Of a DNA stretch of 64,000 nt, positions 1-9,416 are shown one piece after another. Position numbers and translations under genes: made by a program. Position 1 is the first letter of the stretch. Each line of letters begins with the position of its first letter. Below the pieces are notes generated by a model. That model saw only the letters and a list, made by a program, of their open reading frames with translations, made no database searches and was not told where the DNA came from. Source of the stretch: an uncultured Candidatus Saccharibacteria bacterium (GTDB lineage: Bacteria; Patescibacteriota; WWE3; UBA101185; UBA10185); assembly GCA_964387275.1 (NCBI GenBank), contig CAYLVW010000003.1:45796-109795 (forward strand). The letters run 5' to 3'.

Positions 1-2
1 CG

Positions 3-251
3 GTACAAAAAAAAGATCTCGTAGATCAAGACATGGTAGAAATAAAAATAGAGGGCACACAAGAAAAATTAATAGATATATTAAAGAGATGTTTAGATAG
101 TGAAACATCAAATTCAGATATTAGACGCACCATCGAGCAAGGCGGTGTATCAATCGATGGTGTGGTTTTGAAAAATACAAACGAAATTGTAGAATTGAAA
201 AACGGAACAATTATAAAGTTTGGCAAAAGAAAGTACTTCAAAGTTATCTAA
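3..251 (+). CDS. tyrS: Tyrosyl-tRNA synthetase, C-terminal S4-like domain (partial, open at window start)
   Basis: Frame is open to the window edge; SNSDIRRTIEQGGVSIDG...IKFGKRKYFKV is the typical TyrRS C-terminal S4 motif. Confidence 0.85.
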   Translation, partial: VQKKDLVDQDMVEIKIEGTQEKLIDILKRCLDSETSNSDIRRTIEQGGVSIDGVVLKNTNEIVELKNGTIIKFGKRKYFKVI

Positions 252-253
252 AT

Positions 254-406
254 ATGCAAAAGGCACTTGAAAAGAAAAAAACTCTTAAAAACTCCCTTAG
301 GTTAATGAAAAAATCTATAAAGCCGGAAAATATTTTCAAATTCATAATAATAGTGACATCCCTTGCTATAATTGCATCTTCATTCCTACCATACATAATT
401 TACTAA
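254..406 (+). CDS. Small 50-aa membrane protein (basic N-terminus, one C-terminal TM helix)
   Basis: ATG 254 to TAA 406 read by hand: MQKALEKKK...IFKFIIIVTSLAIIASSFLPYIIY; fills the tyrS-recG gap. Confidence 0.55.
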   Translation: MQKALEKKKTLKNSLRLMKKSIKPENIFKFIIIVTSLAIIASSFLPYIIY

Positions 407-426
407 GATTGGGGACAACCACTAGT

Positions 427-2445
427 ATGAACCCATTAGATAGGCCAATAAATAAGCTCTCAAAGGTAGGAGATAAATATAAATTCCTCCTTAGTAAACT
501 CGATATATACACAATTAGAGACTTAATCTACCACTTTCCATTTAGATATGAAGATTATTCTAAGATATCGACAGTTAGTGAGACATGTGACGGACAGTTT
601 GTAACAGTAAGAGCAACCGTTTTAGACGTAAAAAATATATTCTCAAGATACGGTAAAAAGCTAATCAAAGCAAAAGTAACAGATCCAACCGGCTCAATGG
701 AGCTACTTTGGATGAACCAGATGTATGTGGCAAACAACTTAAGTATCGGGGATACATTCTTTTTTAGCGGAAAAATATCCTTATATAAAAGTAAAAAGAC
801 AATATTTTCTCCTGAATTTGAAAGGGTGGGGGAAGGGAATTTAAATACTGGGAGACTTGTCCCTATATACCCTGAGACAGCAGGAGTATCATCAAAATAT
901 ATAAGAGCTAGAATTAACGACGTCTTAACTCAAAATCTCTTGGAAAATTTTATTGAAGATCAAATTGACCCCGATATAAAAAAAAGACAAGAGCTTATAG
1001 ATCTTGTGGATGCCTTAAATAAGATACACTTTCCAAAAAGTATTGAGGACACTGAAGATGCCCGTAAGAGATTTTCATTTGAAGAACTATATAGTGAGTT
1101 ACTAAATGTTGAAATTAGGAAATCTGAGTGGAATAATGCTTTTAAATCCAATGGGATGGTAATTAAAACGGATATGCTAAATGGGCTTGAAGGATCCCTA
1201 CCTTTTGATCTAACCCCATCTCAAAAACAAGCCATTTCAGAAATCTCAAAAGACCTTACTTTTGAAAAACCTATGAATAGACTCTTAGAAGGAGACGTAG
1301 GTACCGGAAAAACAATTGTAGCTATCTTTGCTTCATATATAGCCCATCTTAATAATTTTTTAACTATTTATCTCGCCCCCACTGAAATACTAGCAGAACA
1401 GCACTACAAAACTTTTAAAAAAGTCCTACCAAACGTAGAGATAAATCTACTAACTGGATCAAAAAAACTAAAAAATATCGAAAACCACAGTATAGTAATT
1501 GGAACACACGCGCTACTTTACAACGAACAAATATACAAAAACGTTGGTCTAATAGTAATTGATGAACAGCATAGGTTTGGAGTCGAACAAAGAGCCAAAA
1601 TAATCAAAATGTCGCAAACCTCAGAAGACATAAAACCACACCTTCTTAGTATGACAGCAACACCCATTCCAAGAACACTAGCCCTCACTCTATATGGTGA
1701 CTTGGACATATCAGTACTAACATCACCACCAAACAAATATAAAAAAATCACAACAAAAGTAATTCCCCACAGTTCAAGAGAAAAAGTATACGAATGGATA
1801 AAAAATAAAAAAGAGGCAACCTTCATAGTATGTCCTCTCATTGAGGAATCTGAATCTGAAAGCTTTGAAAACGTCAAATCTGCACAAAAAGAATTTGAAC
1901 TGCTAAGTAAGACAATCTTCAAAGAAATACCAGTAGGACTACTTCACGGAAAAATGAAGCCACAAGAGAAACAAGAAATAATTGATAAATTCAGAAACGG
2001 AGAAATAAAAATACTTGTATCTACACCGGTAATTGAAGTAGGTGTTGATATACCAGACGCTGTTGTTATGGTAATAGAAAGCGCTGAACGCTATGGTCTA
2101 GCATCCCTGCACCAACTAAGGGGAAGAGTCGGAAGGGGAGAAAAAGAAGGTTACTGTTTTGTGTTCATGACAGAAAATTCCAGAGGCAACTATCAACGCC
2201 TTAAAAACCTTGAAGAAATAACGGACGGACTAAAATTAGCAGAGGTAGATCTAAAATATAGAGGAACAGGAGATATTTACGGCACTCTACAACACGGTTT
2301 CAAAAAATTTAAAATAGTTGACCTTACAAACCTGGAACTGGTAGAAAAAGCTAAATTAGAAGCTCAAAACACAATAAGATCAAAACCATTGGAAGAAATA
2401 AAAAAATACTCATACGAAACCGGAAAACTAATTGAAAAAAACTAA
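427..2445 (+). CDS. recG: ATP-dependent DNA helicase RecG
   Basis: OB wedge, MNRLLEGDVGTGKT, DEQHRFG, MTATPIPRT, LHQLRGRVGRG; ATG 427 preferred over TTG 409. Confidence 0.97.
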   Translation: MNPLDRPINKLSKVGDKYKFLLSKLDIYTIRDLIYHFPFRYEDYSKISTVSETCDGQFVTVRATVLDVKNIFSRYGKKLIKAKVTDPTGSMELLWMNQMYVANNLSIGDTFFFSGKISLYKSKKTIFSPEFERVGEGNLNTGRLVPIYPETAGVSSKYIRARINDVLTQNLLENFIEDQIDPDIKKRQELIDLVDALNKIHFPKSIEDTEDARKRFSFEELYSELLNVEIRKSEWNNAFKSNGMVIKTDMLNGLEGSLPFDLTPSQKQAISEISKDLTFEKPMNRLLEGDVGTGKTIVAIFASYIAHLNNFLTIYLAPTEILAEQHYKTFKKVLPNVEINLLTGSKKLKNIENHSIVIGTHALLYNEQIYKNVGLIVIDEQHRFGVEQRAKIIKMSQTSEDIKPHLLSMTATPIPRTLALTLYGDLDISVLTSPPNKYKKITTKVIPHSSREKVYEWIKNKKEATFIVCPLIEESESESFENVKSAQKEFELLSKTIFKEIPVGLLHGKMKPQEKQEIIDKFRNGEIKILVSTPVIEVGVDIPDAVVMVIESAERYGLASLHQLRGRVGRGEKEGYCFVFMTENSRGNYQRLKNLEEITDGLKLAEVDLKYRGTGDIYGTLQHGFKKFKIVDLTNLELVEKAKLEAQNTIRSKPLEEIKKYSYETGKLIEKN

Positions 2446-2801
2446 CAACTACTAGGTGACACATTTACAATACTTCTAAGAATTTCCTCCAACAAGAGAA
2501 AATCAGTATCAGACATTTTCGTATACCTAATACAACTTTTACCAGTACCTTTAGGAAGCCTACTTCTAAAATCTTTCATAGCAACAGTATTAAGCACATA
2601 AAAAGAGATATAGTTTTTCTGGCTGTTAAATGAAATCTCAGGTTCATTGTTTCTTAAATACACAGGCATACCGTACATCATATTTTCATCAAAACCTTTT
2701 AGAATATTAAGACATAAGGATCTAATCCTTTCTAAATCACGGCTTCTACCTGCAGGAACAGTTTTCATATACTCATCGACAGTTTTAGCACTACTTTGCA
2801 T
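2442..2801 (-). CDS. DUF1801/YdhG-like iron chaperone-like protein
   Basis: TVDEYM...MMYGMPVY...FNSQKNYISFY...TGKSCIR pattern; start set at ATG 2801, 6 nt after TGcTATAAT. Confidence 0.8.
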   Translation of the reverse strand: MQSSAKTVDEYMKTVPAGRSRDLERIRSLCLNILKGFDENMMYGMPVYLRNNEPEISFNSQKNYISFYVLNTVAMKDFRSRLPKGTGKSCIRYTKMSDTDFLLLEEILRSIVNVSPSSC

Positions 2802-2861
2802 ATTCACATTATAGCAAACAACAAAAGTGACTATACATTGCAACCATGCTAAAATCTCCTC

Positions 2862-3446
2862 GTGATAAGAATTACAAGTGGTAGTGCTAAAAATAAAAAA
2901 ATAAAAATACCAGATATTGAAGGCATAAGGGTTGCCCAAGATAAAGTAAGACAGGCAGTATTCTCAATAATCGGAGACAAAATTGAAGAAGCTACCTGTT
3001 TAGATTTGTATGCAGGGTCTGGAATAATGGGAATTGAGGCCCTCAGTAGGGGAGCAAGCTACTGTGATTTTGTAGACAAAGAGTACAACGCAATCGGAAC
3101 CATAAAAGACAACCTCACAAATTGCAACTTTGAAAATACCTTAGTGGAAGACGAAAATAAACCTTATATATTAGAAAAATACAATCTACACCACATGGAA
3201 GCAGCAAAATTTACATCCAAAACACCGGAAAAATATGATGTAATATTTGCTGATCCATTTTACAACGACCTAAAGCTCAAACACCTATTTGAAGGCATAG
3301 AACAATGTCTTAGTGCTTACGGAATAGTAGTGCTTCTACATGGAGAAGCCTTAAACATCCCACAAACCCTCTCAAACACAAATCTCATTGAAGTGGACTC
3401 TAGGAAGTACGGCGCTACACTAGTTTCTATAATTAAACACAATTAA
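2862..3446 (+). CDS. rsmD: 16S rRNA m2G966 methyltransferase RsmD
   Basis: IRITSGSAK, LDLYAGSGIMGIEALSRGA, DVIFADPFY. Confidence 0.92.
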   Translation: MIRITSGSAKNKKIKIPDIEGIRVAQDKVRQAVFSIIGDKIEEATCLDLYAGSGIMGIEALSRGASYCDFVDKEYNAIGTIKDNLTNCNFENTLVEDENKPYILEKYNLHHMEAAKFTSKTPEKYDVIFADPFYNDLKLKHLFEGIEQCLSAYGIVVLLHGEALNIPQTLSNTNLIEVDSRKYGATLVSIIKHN

Positions 3447-3449
3447 AAA

Positions 3450-3487
3450 AGCCCACATTGTATGTATTTAAACATAAAACGCGGGCT
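3450..3487. terminator. Imperfect hairpin between convergent rsmD and an orphan gene
   Basis: AGCCCAC...GCGGGCT arms; the A-run before the arm gives a U-tract on the minus strand. Confidence 0.5.
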
Positions 3488-3493
3488 ATAACC

Positions 3494-3934
3494 TCATCCC
3501 CCAAACAAATAACGTACGAGCATCTCAAATTCGTTTTGAGGCAAGAGCATTCTTAAAAACCAAGCAATAATGGACAAAAGCGACACGGCAGTAATAACAC
3601 CTGCAATAATAGCAGCTGGAAACCTTTCTTCTACTAGCTCCCACACAAAAACAATTCCCATAGCATACAAAACTACCACGGTAAGAATCAAGGACACATA
3701 GGGTAGTGCATTAAAAAACACTTCGGAACTATATGAATAAACAAAAACAGCAAAACCCCCAAGAATTGTCACAGAGATTGCATACTTTAAAAAACTAGTA
3801 ATAATATCGTCATTAGTAAGCTTTAGAATTTTACCCATAAAGTCAGCGAACATCCCTAGTGAAAGTGCTAGCCCAATAAGCAAAACCAGCACTTCAATTA
3901 ACAATGCAATTATTAAGCCGTTTTGACCAAACAT
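3494..3934 (-). CDS. Orphan membrane protein (~4 TM helices)
   Basis: Hydrophobic 146-aa ORF; upstream SD-like AGAGGAAAG. Confidence 0.7.
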   Translation of the reverse strand: MFGQNGLIIALLIEVLVLLIGLALSLGMFADFMGKILKLTNDDIITSFLKYAISVTILGGFAVFVYSYSSEVFFNALPYVSLILTVVVLYAMGIVFVWELVEERFPAAIIAGVITAVSLLSIIAWFLRMLLPQNEFEMLVRYLFGG

Positions 3935-4134
3935 GCTTTCTTTCCTCTCTTTGCTGCAAATATTAGCATAAACAGATTGTTATAACAACCTATAGTACAG
4001 ACTGGCTGTAACATACTAAAATTGGAACAACTACAATGATTTGCAAAAATACCTAAACCGAGCTATAATTACTATAGGTCAAACACTGGCTAAATCCAGC
4101 CAGGTATTCAGATAAACTCAAAGAGGAAAGTACC

Positions 4135-4488
4135 ATGAACAGCAAACTCGTCGTCGCAGCCGTTGCGTTTTTTTACGTTGCGGCTAAGTGGATTATGCCC
4201 GACTGGGATGCCTTTGTCGGCATCAGCCGGGTGAATTACAACATAGGCTTTAACGGGTTCTCAACCCTTGTGGCCTTTTATATCACGTATCGTATTTTTC
4301 CGTTTGAGTTCAAGAGCCTATACCTACTGGTACCGGCTCTATGCGGAGTGGTGATCATGGGGATGATATTTAATCCTTATTTCACCACGAACCTACCCGT
4401 CGTTCCGACGGCACTTATAATGGTGGTCTGCGGAATCGGAGGTATCGTGTTGGGGATGGCCAGGAGACAGTTGCAACAGAATTCTTGA
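4135..4488 (+). CDS. Orphan membrane protein (~4 TM helices), atypical base composition
   Basis: Hydrophobic 117-aa ORF; SD-like GAGGAAAG, upstream TATAAT, downstream hairpin. Confidence 0.7.
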   Translation: MNSKLVVAAVAFFYVAAKWIMPDWDAFVGISRVNYNIGFNGFSTLVAFYITYRIFPFEFKSLYLLVPALCGVVIMGMIFNPYFTTNLPVVPTALIMVVCGIGGIVLGMARRQLQQNS

Positions 4489-4494
4489 CCTACG

Positions 4495-4543
4495 AGGACC
4501 TGTTTAATGCGAAAATAAAGAAGCATAAACAGGTCCTATTTTT
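4495..4543 (+). terminator. Intrinsic terminator
   Basis: AGGACCTGTTTA...TAAACAGGTCCT stem followed by ATTTTT. Confidence 0.75.
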
Positions 4544-4670
4544 ATGCATAAAACAGTAGTGAAAGCTCGGAAAACTGAAATATACCGGCTCACTTCCTTT
4601 CTATAGCAGAATAACCACCATATTTTTTTCATTTTAGGTCTAAGGTCTCCAATTTTAAAAATGGTTAAGG

Positions 4671-4699
4671 TTGACAAATACCAGGGTAAAAAGTATAGT
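4671..4699 (+). promoter_or_regulatory. Sigma70-type promoter of rpmF (likely leaderless transcript)
   Basis: TTGACA-17 nt-TATAGT, ending 7 nt before ATG 4707. Confidence 0.75.
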
Positions 4700-4706
4700 C
4701 GTTACC

Positions 4707-4853
4707 ATGCAGGTACCTAAACGAAGACATAGTCGCGGTAGAACGCGAAGAAAAAGAAACAGCCATTATGTTAAATCCGTAACAAACGCGATTAAAACTG
4801 CAGATGGTAAAGCATATAAAAGACCTCATTTTGATGAGAAAGTAGAACTTTAA
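4707..4853 (+). CDS. rpmF: 50S ribosomal protein L32 (Cys-less form)
   Basis: MQVPKRRHSRGRTRRKR...KRPH; position before nusB. Confidence 0.88.
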   Translation: MQVPKRRHSRGRTRRKRNSHYVKSVTNAIKTADGKAYKRPHFDEKVEL

Positions 4854-4944
4854 TCCCTTATATATCAGCATTTTGTGTTTTTTCTAGGGGATAGAAGCGT
4901 TTGTCTGTAGAAAACAGACGAAAAGCTGTATAATAAATAGTCGT

Positions 4945-5370
4945 ATGAAAAGCAAAAAAGATCCAAGACATGAAGCGCGAAAGTTAGCCTTGTCAGGTAT
5001 ATTTTGCTGGTTGTTTTCAGACTCAGATAATTTACTTACTGTAGCACTTTCAAAAGAACTAATGGAGTCAGACAATGTTGATGTAGATCTAGCAAACAAT
5101 ATTATTGCAGGGGTTAAAGAAAACAACGAAAAAATAGATGAAATTATATCCAAATGTGCTCCAGAATGGCCTATAGATAAAATATCAAAGATTGATTTAG
5201 TAATACTAAGAGTGGGTACATATGAGGTTTTATTTTCAAAAACTCCTTCAAAAGTTGCAATTGATGAAGCTGTGGAACTTGCCAAAGAATTCGGAAATGA
5301 CAGCTCAGGCAAGTTTGTAAATGGGGTGTTAGGCGCAGTGGTAGAAGCAAAAGATTCACTTATTGCATAA
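4945..5370 (+). CDS. nusB: Transcription antitermination factor NusB
   Basis: [37 protein letters not shown]. Confidence 0.95.
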   Translation: MKSKKDPRHEARKLALSGIFCWLFSDSDNLLTVALSKELMESDNVDVDLANNIIAGVKENNEKIDEIISKCAPEWPIDKISKIDLVILRVGTYEVLFSKTPSKVAIDEAVELAKEFGNDSSGKFVNGVLGAVVEAKDSLIA

Positions 5371-5609
5371 TGTCCCAAGTTAAATAGAATATTACTGAAG
5401 AAAAAAATAGGTACTTGTGGTATAAGATACTTTGAGTTAAATTCGGGTAATAGTAAATCTATTAAGGCTCATAGGTTGCGCTTGTCCCTTCTTTTGTGAC
5501 TTAATCATTTTAGAAGCTATGAAGAAAGCGTATAAACAAGCACTTGCACAGCTTAGACTTACGCCGTAAAGTAAATTTACTTATCTTGCCCTTAAATAAG
5601 GAAATAATT

Positions 5610-5846
5610 ATGACAGCTAACTATTTAAAAAAAATTAAAGAGATACTTCTCGAAAAATTCGGTGTAGAACCAGAAGAAGTAGAGTCAGATTCATACTTTA
5701 CTGATGATCTAAATCTTGGTGAATTAGAAATTGATGAGCTTTTGGTGGAGTTGGAAGAGATATATCACACAAGCCTAATGGAAGAAAAGGAAGAAATTAA
5801 ATCAATTGAAGATTTGATAGATATACTAGTCGAAAAACTTGAGTAG
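5610..5846 (+). CDS. Acyl carrier protein-like protein lacking the DSL serine
   Basis: Acidic 78-aa protein with ACP pattern (KIKEILLEKFGV...SYFTDDLNLGELEIDELLVELEE...IKSIEDLI) directly upstream of rnc. Confidence 0.75.
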   Translation: MTANYLKKIKEILLEKFGVEPEEVESDSYFTDDLNLGELEIDELLVELEEIYHTSLMEEKEEIKSIEDLIDILVEKLE

Positions 5847-5861
5847 CATCTACGCAGCGAA

Positions 5862-6557
5862 ATGCAAATAGATTTTGAAAAACTCGAAAAAATAATAGAC
5901 ACTCCCATAAACGATAGAAATCTGTATATTACAGCTTTTACTCATAGATCCTACCTAAATGAGCACCCATCATATGATAACCCATCTAATGAGAGGCTCG
6001 AGTTTTTAGGAGATGCTGTGTTGCAATTGATTTCATCCGAATTCTTGTTTAAAAAGTATGGAGATCTCCCAGAAGGGGATCTTACCAATTTAAGAGCATC
6101 TATTGTATGCACCCCCTCAATATCGGAAGAAGCAAAAAGGCTTGGTTATGGAGATTTCCTACTCCTTTCTAATGGAGAAGAAGCAACCGGAGGTAGAAAT
6201 AGAGAATATATACTGGCAAATACATTTGAAGCTGTTCTAGGAGCACTATTTCTAGATAAAGGCATAGATGCATGTAGGGTCCTTATAGAAAGGGAGTTAC
6301 TTTATAAAACTGAGGAGATAAAGGCTAAAAATCTCTACAAAGATGCCAAATCTAAATTTCAAGAACTAGCTCAAGACAAATTCGGAGTCACTCCAAGATA
6401 TGAAGTACTGGATTCATGGGGTCTTGATCATGAAAAAACCTTCAAAGTAGGGGTTTTTATTGATAAAACCTCATACGGAGTTGGGGAAGGAAAAAGTAAA
6501 CAGCGCGCAGAACAGCAAGCAGCAACAAATGCATTAGACAAAATTCAATCGCTTTGA
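5862..6557 (+). CDS. rnc: Ribonuclease III
   Basis: NERLEFLGDAVL signature, ANTFEAVLGA, C-terminal dsRBD. Confidence 0.97.
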   Translation: MQIDFEKLEKIIDTPINDRNLYITAFTHRSYLNEHPSYDNPSNERLEFLGDAVLQLISSEFLFKKYGDLPEGDLTNLRASIVCTPSISEEAKRLGYGDFLLLSNGEEATGGRNREYILANTFEAVLGALFLDKGIDACRVLIERELLYKTEEIKAKNLYKDAKSKFQELAQDKFGVTPRYEVLDSWGLDHEKTFKVGVFIDKTSYGVGEGKSKQRAEQQAATNALDKIQSL

Positions 6558-6571
6558 TAGAATCTCTCGGT

Positions 6572-6841
6572 ATGTCAATAACAATAAGATTAGCAAAAGA
6601 AGGAAAAAGAAACGCACCATCATACAAAGTTGTGGTTGCCCAAACCAGATCTAAAAGAAATGGCAAACCATTAGATGTACTTGGATATTTCAATCCTTCG
6701 AAAAATCCTAAAGAATTCACAATTTCAGAAGAAAAGTATACTGAATGGACCAAAAAAGGTGCATTAGTTACACCAGCTATTAAAAACCTAATAGCAGGTA
6801 CTTACGAATTTGTAAAATATTCACCAAAAAAGGATAAATAA
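6572..6841 (+). CDS. rpsP: 30S ribosomal protein S16
   Basis: IRLAKEGKRNAPSYKVVVA...RNGK..DVLGYFNP. Confidence 0.95.
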   Translation: MSITIRLAKEGKRNAPSYKVVVAQTRSKRNGKPLDVLGYFNPSKNPKEFTISEEKYTEWTKKGALVTPAIKNLIAGTYEFVKYSPKKDK

Positions 6842-6843
6842 CA

Positions 6844-7110
6844 ATGAAGGAATTTGCAGAATTTCTTATAAAACAGTTAGTAAATAATACTGGTGCAGTT
6901 TTTATAGATGAAGTCGCTGATGGTGAATATACACGAATTGTAATAAATGTAGCACAAGAAGATATGCCAATAATAATTGGCAAAGGCGGAAAAAATATTA
7001 AATCTGTAAGAAATCTCATTAGAGCAAAAGCAATTAAAGAAGGTGTTAGAGTAAGTGTAGAACTTGCGGAAGATCTCACACCTCAGCAGCAAGAAAACCC
7101 AACACGTTAG
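6844..7110 (+). CDS. khpA: KH-domain RNA-binding protein KhpA
   Basis: EDMPIIIGKGGKNIKSVR GxxG loop; rpsP-KH-trmD synteny. Confidence 0.88.
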   Translation: MKEFAEFLIKQLVNNTGAVFIDEVADGEYTRIVINVAQEDMPIIIGKGGKNIKSVRNLIRAKAIKEGVRVSVELAEDLTPQQQENPTR

Positions 7111-7226
7111 ACACAATGCTTCTGCAATTTCTTATTAAGTTGCTACTAATTAACCTCAAATTAGCCTTAATTTCTGCTACAACATATCAATAATGTGGAG
7201 CATAATTAAAATAGCTACAATCATAT

Positions 7227-7898
7227 ATGAAAAAATATAACTTGATATCAGCACAGACTAGAATTTTTGAGTCTCCACTAAAAGAAAGGCCCTTTAAGGT
7301 AGCTATTGAGAAAAAAGCTGCTGAAATAAACTTAGTCAATCTCAGAGACTATGCAATAGATTCCTACGGAACCATCGACGGAAAACCTTTTGGAGGAGGG
7401 GTAGGAATGATTTTAAGACCAGAGCCTATATACAGTGCACTGCTAGACTTATACGGCTCTGATGAGAAGATATTGGATACTAAGGTGTCTTCAACAAAGA
7501 AGATAGTTGTTCTGGATCCGGCAGGCCCAAAGTGGAATCAAAATAAAGCTAAGGAATATTCAAAACTCGAAGAAATCACCTTTATATGTGGTAGATACGA
7601 AGGTATAGATCAAAGGGTGGTGGATTTATTTGCAAGTGAAACTGTAAGTTTAGGAGAGTTTGTCGCGTCGGGTGGGGAACTACCAGCTCTAGTAATATTA
7701 GAAACTATACTAAGGCTTGATGAAAACGTACTGGAAAAACCTGAAGCAACAGAACTTGAAAGCTACAGTAACGACAGCACAACAGAACATCCGCAATATA
7801 CAAGACCAGAGGAATTTAAAAATCTCTTAGTACCTAAAGTTCTTCTAAGTGGAGATCATAAAAAAATCAAAGAGTGGAAAAAATCAAATAGTAAGTGA
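7227..7898 (+). CDS. trmD: tRNA (guanine37-N1)-methyltransferase
   Basis: DGKPFGGGVGM, CGRYEGIDQRV, SGGELPAL, EHPQYTRP. Confidence 0.96.
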   Translation: MKKYNLISAQTRIFESPLKERPFKVAIEKKAAEINLVNLRDYAIDSYGTIDGKPFGGGVGMILRPEPIYSALLDLYGSDEKILDTKVSSTKKIVVLDPAGPKWNQNKAKEYSKLEEITFICGRYEGIDQRVVDLFASETVSLGEFVASGGELPALVILETILRLDENVLEKPEATELESYSNDSTTEHPQYTRPEEFKNLLVPKVLLSGDHKKIKEWKKSNSK

Positions 7899-8002
7899 AA
7901 AGCATTGAACACGTTAAAGTAGGCGCTTTATATTACAAAATATATATAAAACTGAAAGTTTTCTACTTATTAAGCCCAAATTCAACCAATTTTTAAAACA
8001 AA

Positions 8003-8833
8003 TTAGCTTTGTGGCTGCTCAGATGGAGTTGTCTCTAGGGCTTCTGGTATTTCAATTACCTGATCTATTCCTATTCGGTAAAATCTTAACTGCTTAAGCT
8101 TTGCTATGAAATCATTAAAGAGCTTTGATTTTATATCTAAATCCACAGGCTCGTCTGTTACTGCAGTAGAAACAACATATAGGTACGGAGCACTAAGATT
8201 TATTGTAACCCCAAGTTCACCCGTGGATTCAGTTTTATTCGACAATGTGTATCTAAAATCGTCCACCTGTACAAATCTTGCGGAAGACTCAAGAAGGGAA
8301 TTAAAAGCCTTTATCTGGTCGTACGTGCCATCCACAGACAAATTAACAGTAATGTAGGTCTGGGTTTGATCCGAAACATCCGGAGCTCCAGTTTCTTTAG
8401 CCTTTGTACTTGAGGTATCCTGATAGGCATAGCTTAATCTTGTAACCTCCAAACCTGATTCCTTAGCCATAGTATCTATTTGAGTTAGTAACTGAGGTAC
8501 TTTCGCTTCACTGGGTAAAACATCGTCTACAAGGGTAGAGTCTTCAATAATGACTTCTTTATAATCAATAATATTTTTTAAATTAGAAAGCTTTAGGTCA
8601 AGATTTGCTGATAGGGTTTCTTGGGCAGTTATTTTTGCTCTAACTGATGGAATTTCCATATACTTAGGGTAAATGTATAAAACACCAAGTACCAACGTAA
8701 TAACCACACAGGACAATGGAATTAAGAAATTAATAACTACGTTTCTCACAGCTACTAAAGTAGTATTAAGCTTATCAAGCTCTGGGGATTTTTGAACCTG
8801 TTTATCAATGTCAATATTCATGTTTATGGGCAT
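8003..8833 (-). CDS. pilO: Type IV pilus alignment protein PilO
   Basis: N-terminal TM, coiled coil, LPSEAKVPQLLTQI...GTYDQIKAF..LESSARFV; follows pilM-pilN. Confidence 0.85.
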   Translation of the reverse strand: MPINMNIDIDKQVQKSPELDKLNTTLVAVRNVVINFLIPLSCVVITLVLGVLYIYPKYMEIPSVRAKITAQETLSANLDLKLSNLKNIIDYKEVIIEDSTLVDDVLPSEAKVPQLLTQIDTMAKESGLEVTRLSYAYQDTSSTKAKETGAPDVSDQTQTYITVNLSVDGTYDQIKAFNSLLESSARFVQVDDFRYTLSNKTESTGELGVTINLSAPYLYVVSTAVTDEPVDLDIKSKLFNDFIAKLKQLRFYRIGIDQVIEIPEALETTPSEQPQS

Positions 8834-8834
8834 A

Positions 8835-9416
8835 TTAGTTTTTTATTAACTCCACATCATAATCTACTAAAAGTGAAAAAGAAGCTCTATTCTCTGCGTT
8901 TGATAAGTTTACAGTGTTTAGGGTAACTGTTTTAAAAAGTGCACTATACCCTTGAGTAGCAGTAGGGAAGTCTGTATCTGTAAGATCTTTCATAAACTTA
9001 GCTACAAGTAAGTAATTATCTCCGGACCCAGTTATACTAATCTTACCAGTACTATCTATTGCAAAATCTTCGATCTGAATTCCTGCTGAGGTTCTTTTAT
9101 TAAACTCATCAAGAACTATTGAGTATCTAGTTCTCTTGGAGTAAATATCCTGTAAAGAAGTAAATTTCTTGTATAAATTTCGGGCCGTAATTTCAGTGGA
9201 AGTAAGAGATGCTATCTGCTGCCTGGAAGCATCAATTTTAGCCTCCGCAACCTGCAGTTCTTTAGAGAATTGATCATGTGTATAAAAAAGGTAACCGGTT
9301 ATACCTAAAGCAATCAGTAATATAATTATGGCAAGTATAGAGGTTGTTTTTACAGCCTTCTCTCGTTTTTGTACAACTACTTCTTGATCAGGTATTAGGT
9401 TAATAAATTCAGCCAT
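8835..9416 (-). CDS. pilN: Type IV pilus alignment protein PilN
   Basis: INLIP PilM-binding motif, TM helix, coiled coil. Confidence 0.85.
   Translation of the reverse strand: MAEFINLIPDQEVVVQKREKAVKTTSILAIIILLIALGITGYLFYTHDQFSKELQVAEAKIDASRQQIASLTSTEITARNLYKKFTSLQDIYSKRTRYSIVLDEFNKRTSAGIQIEDFAIDSTGKISITGSGDNYLLVAKFMKDLTDTDFPTATQGYSALFKTVTLNTVNLSNAENRASFSLLVDYDVELIKN

Noticed and set aside
4504-4632. Possible 42-aa minus-strand ORF (MKKIWWLFC...)
   Set aside because: Runs through the terminator hairpin, has a poorly spaced SD and no recognisable features
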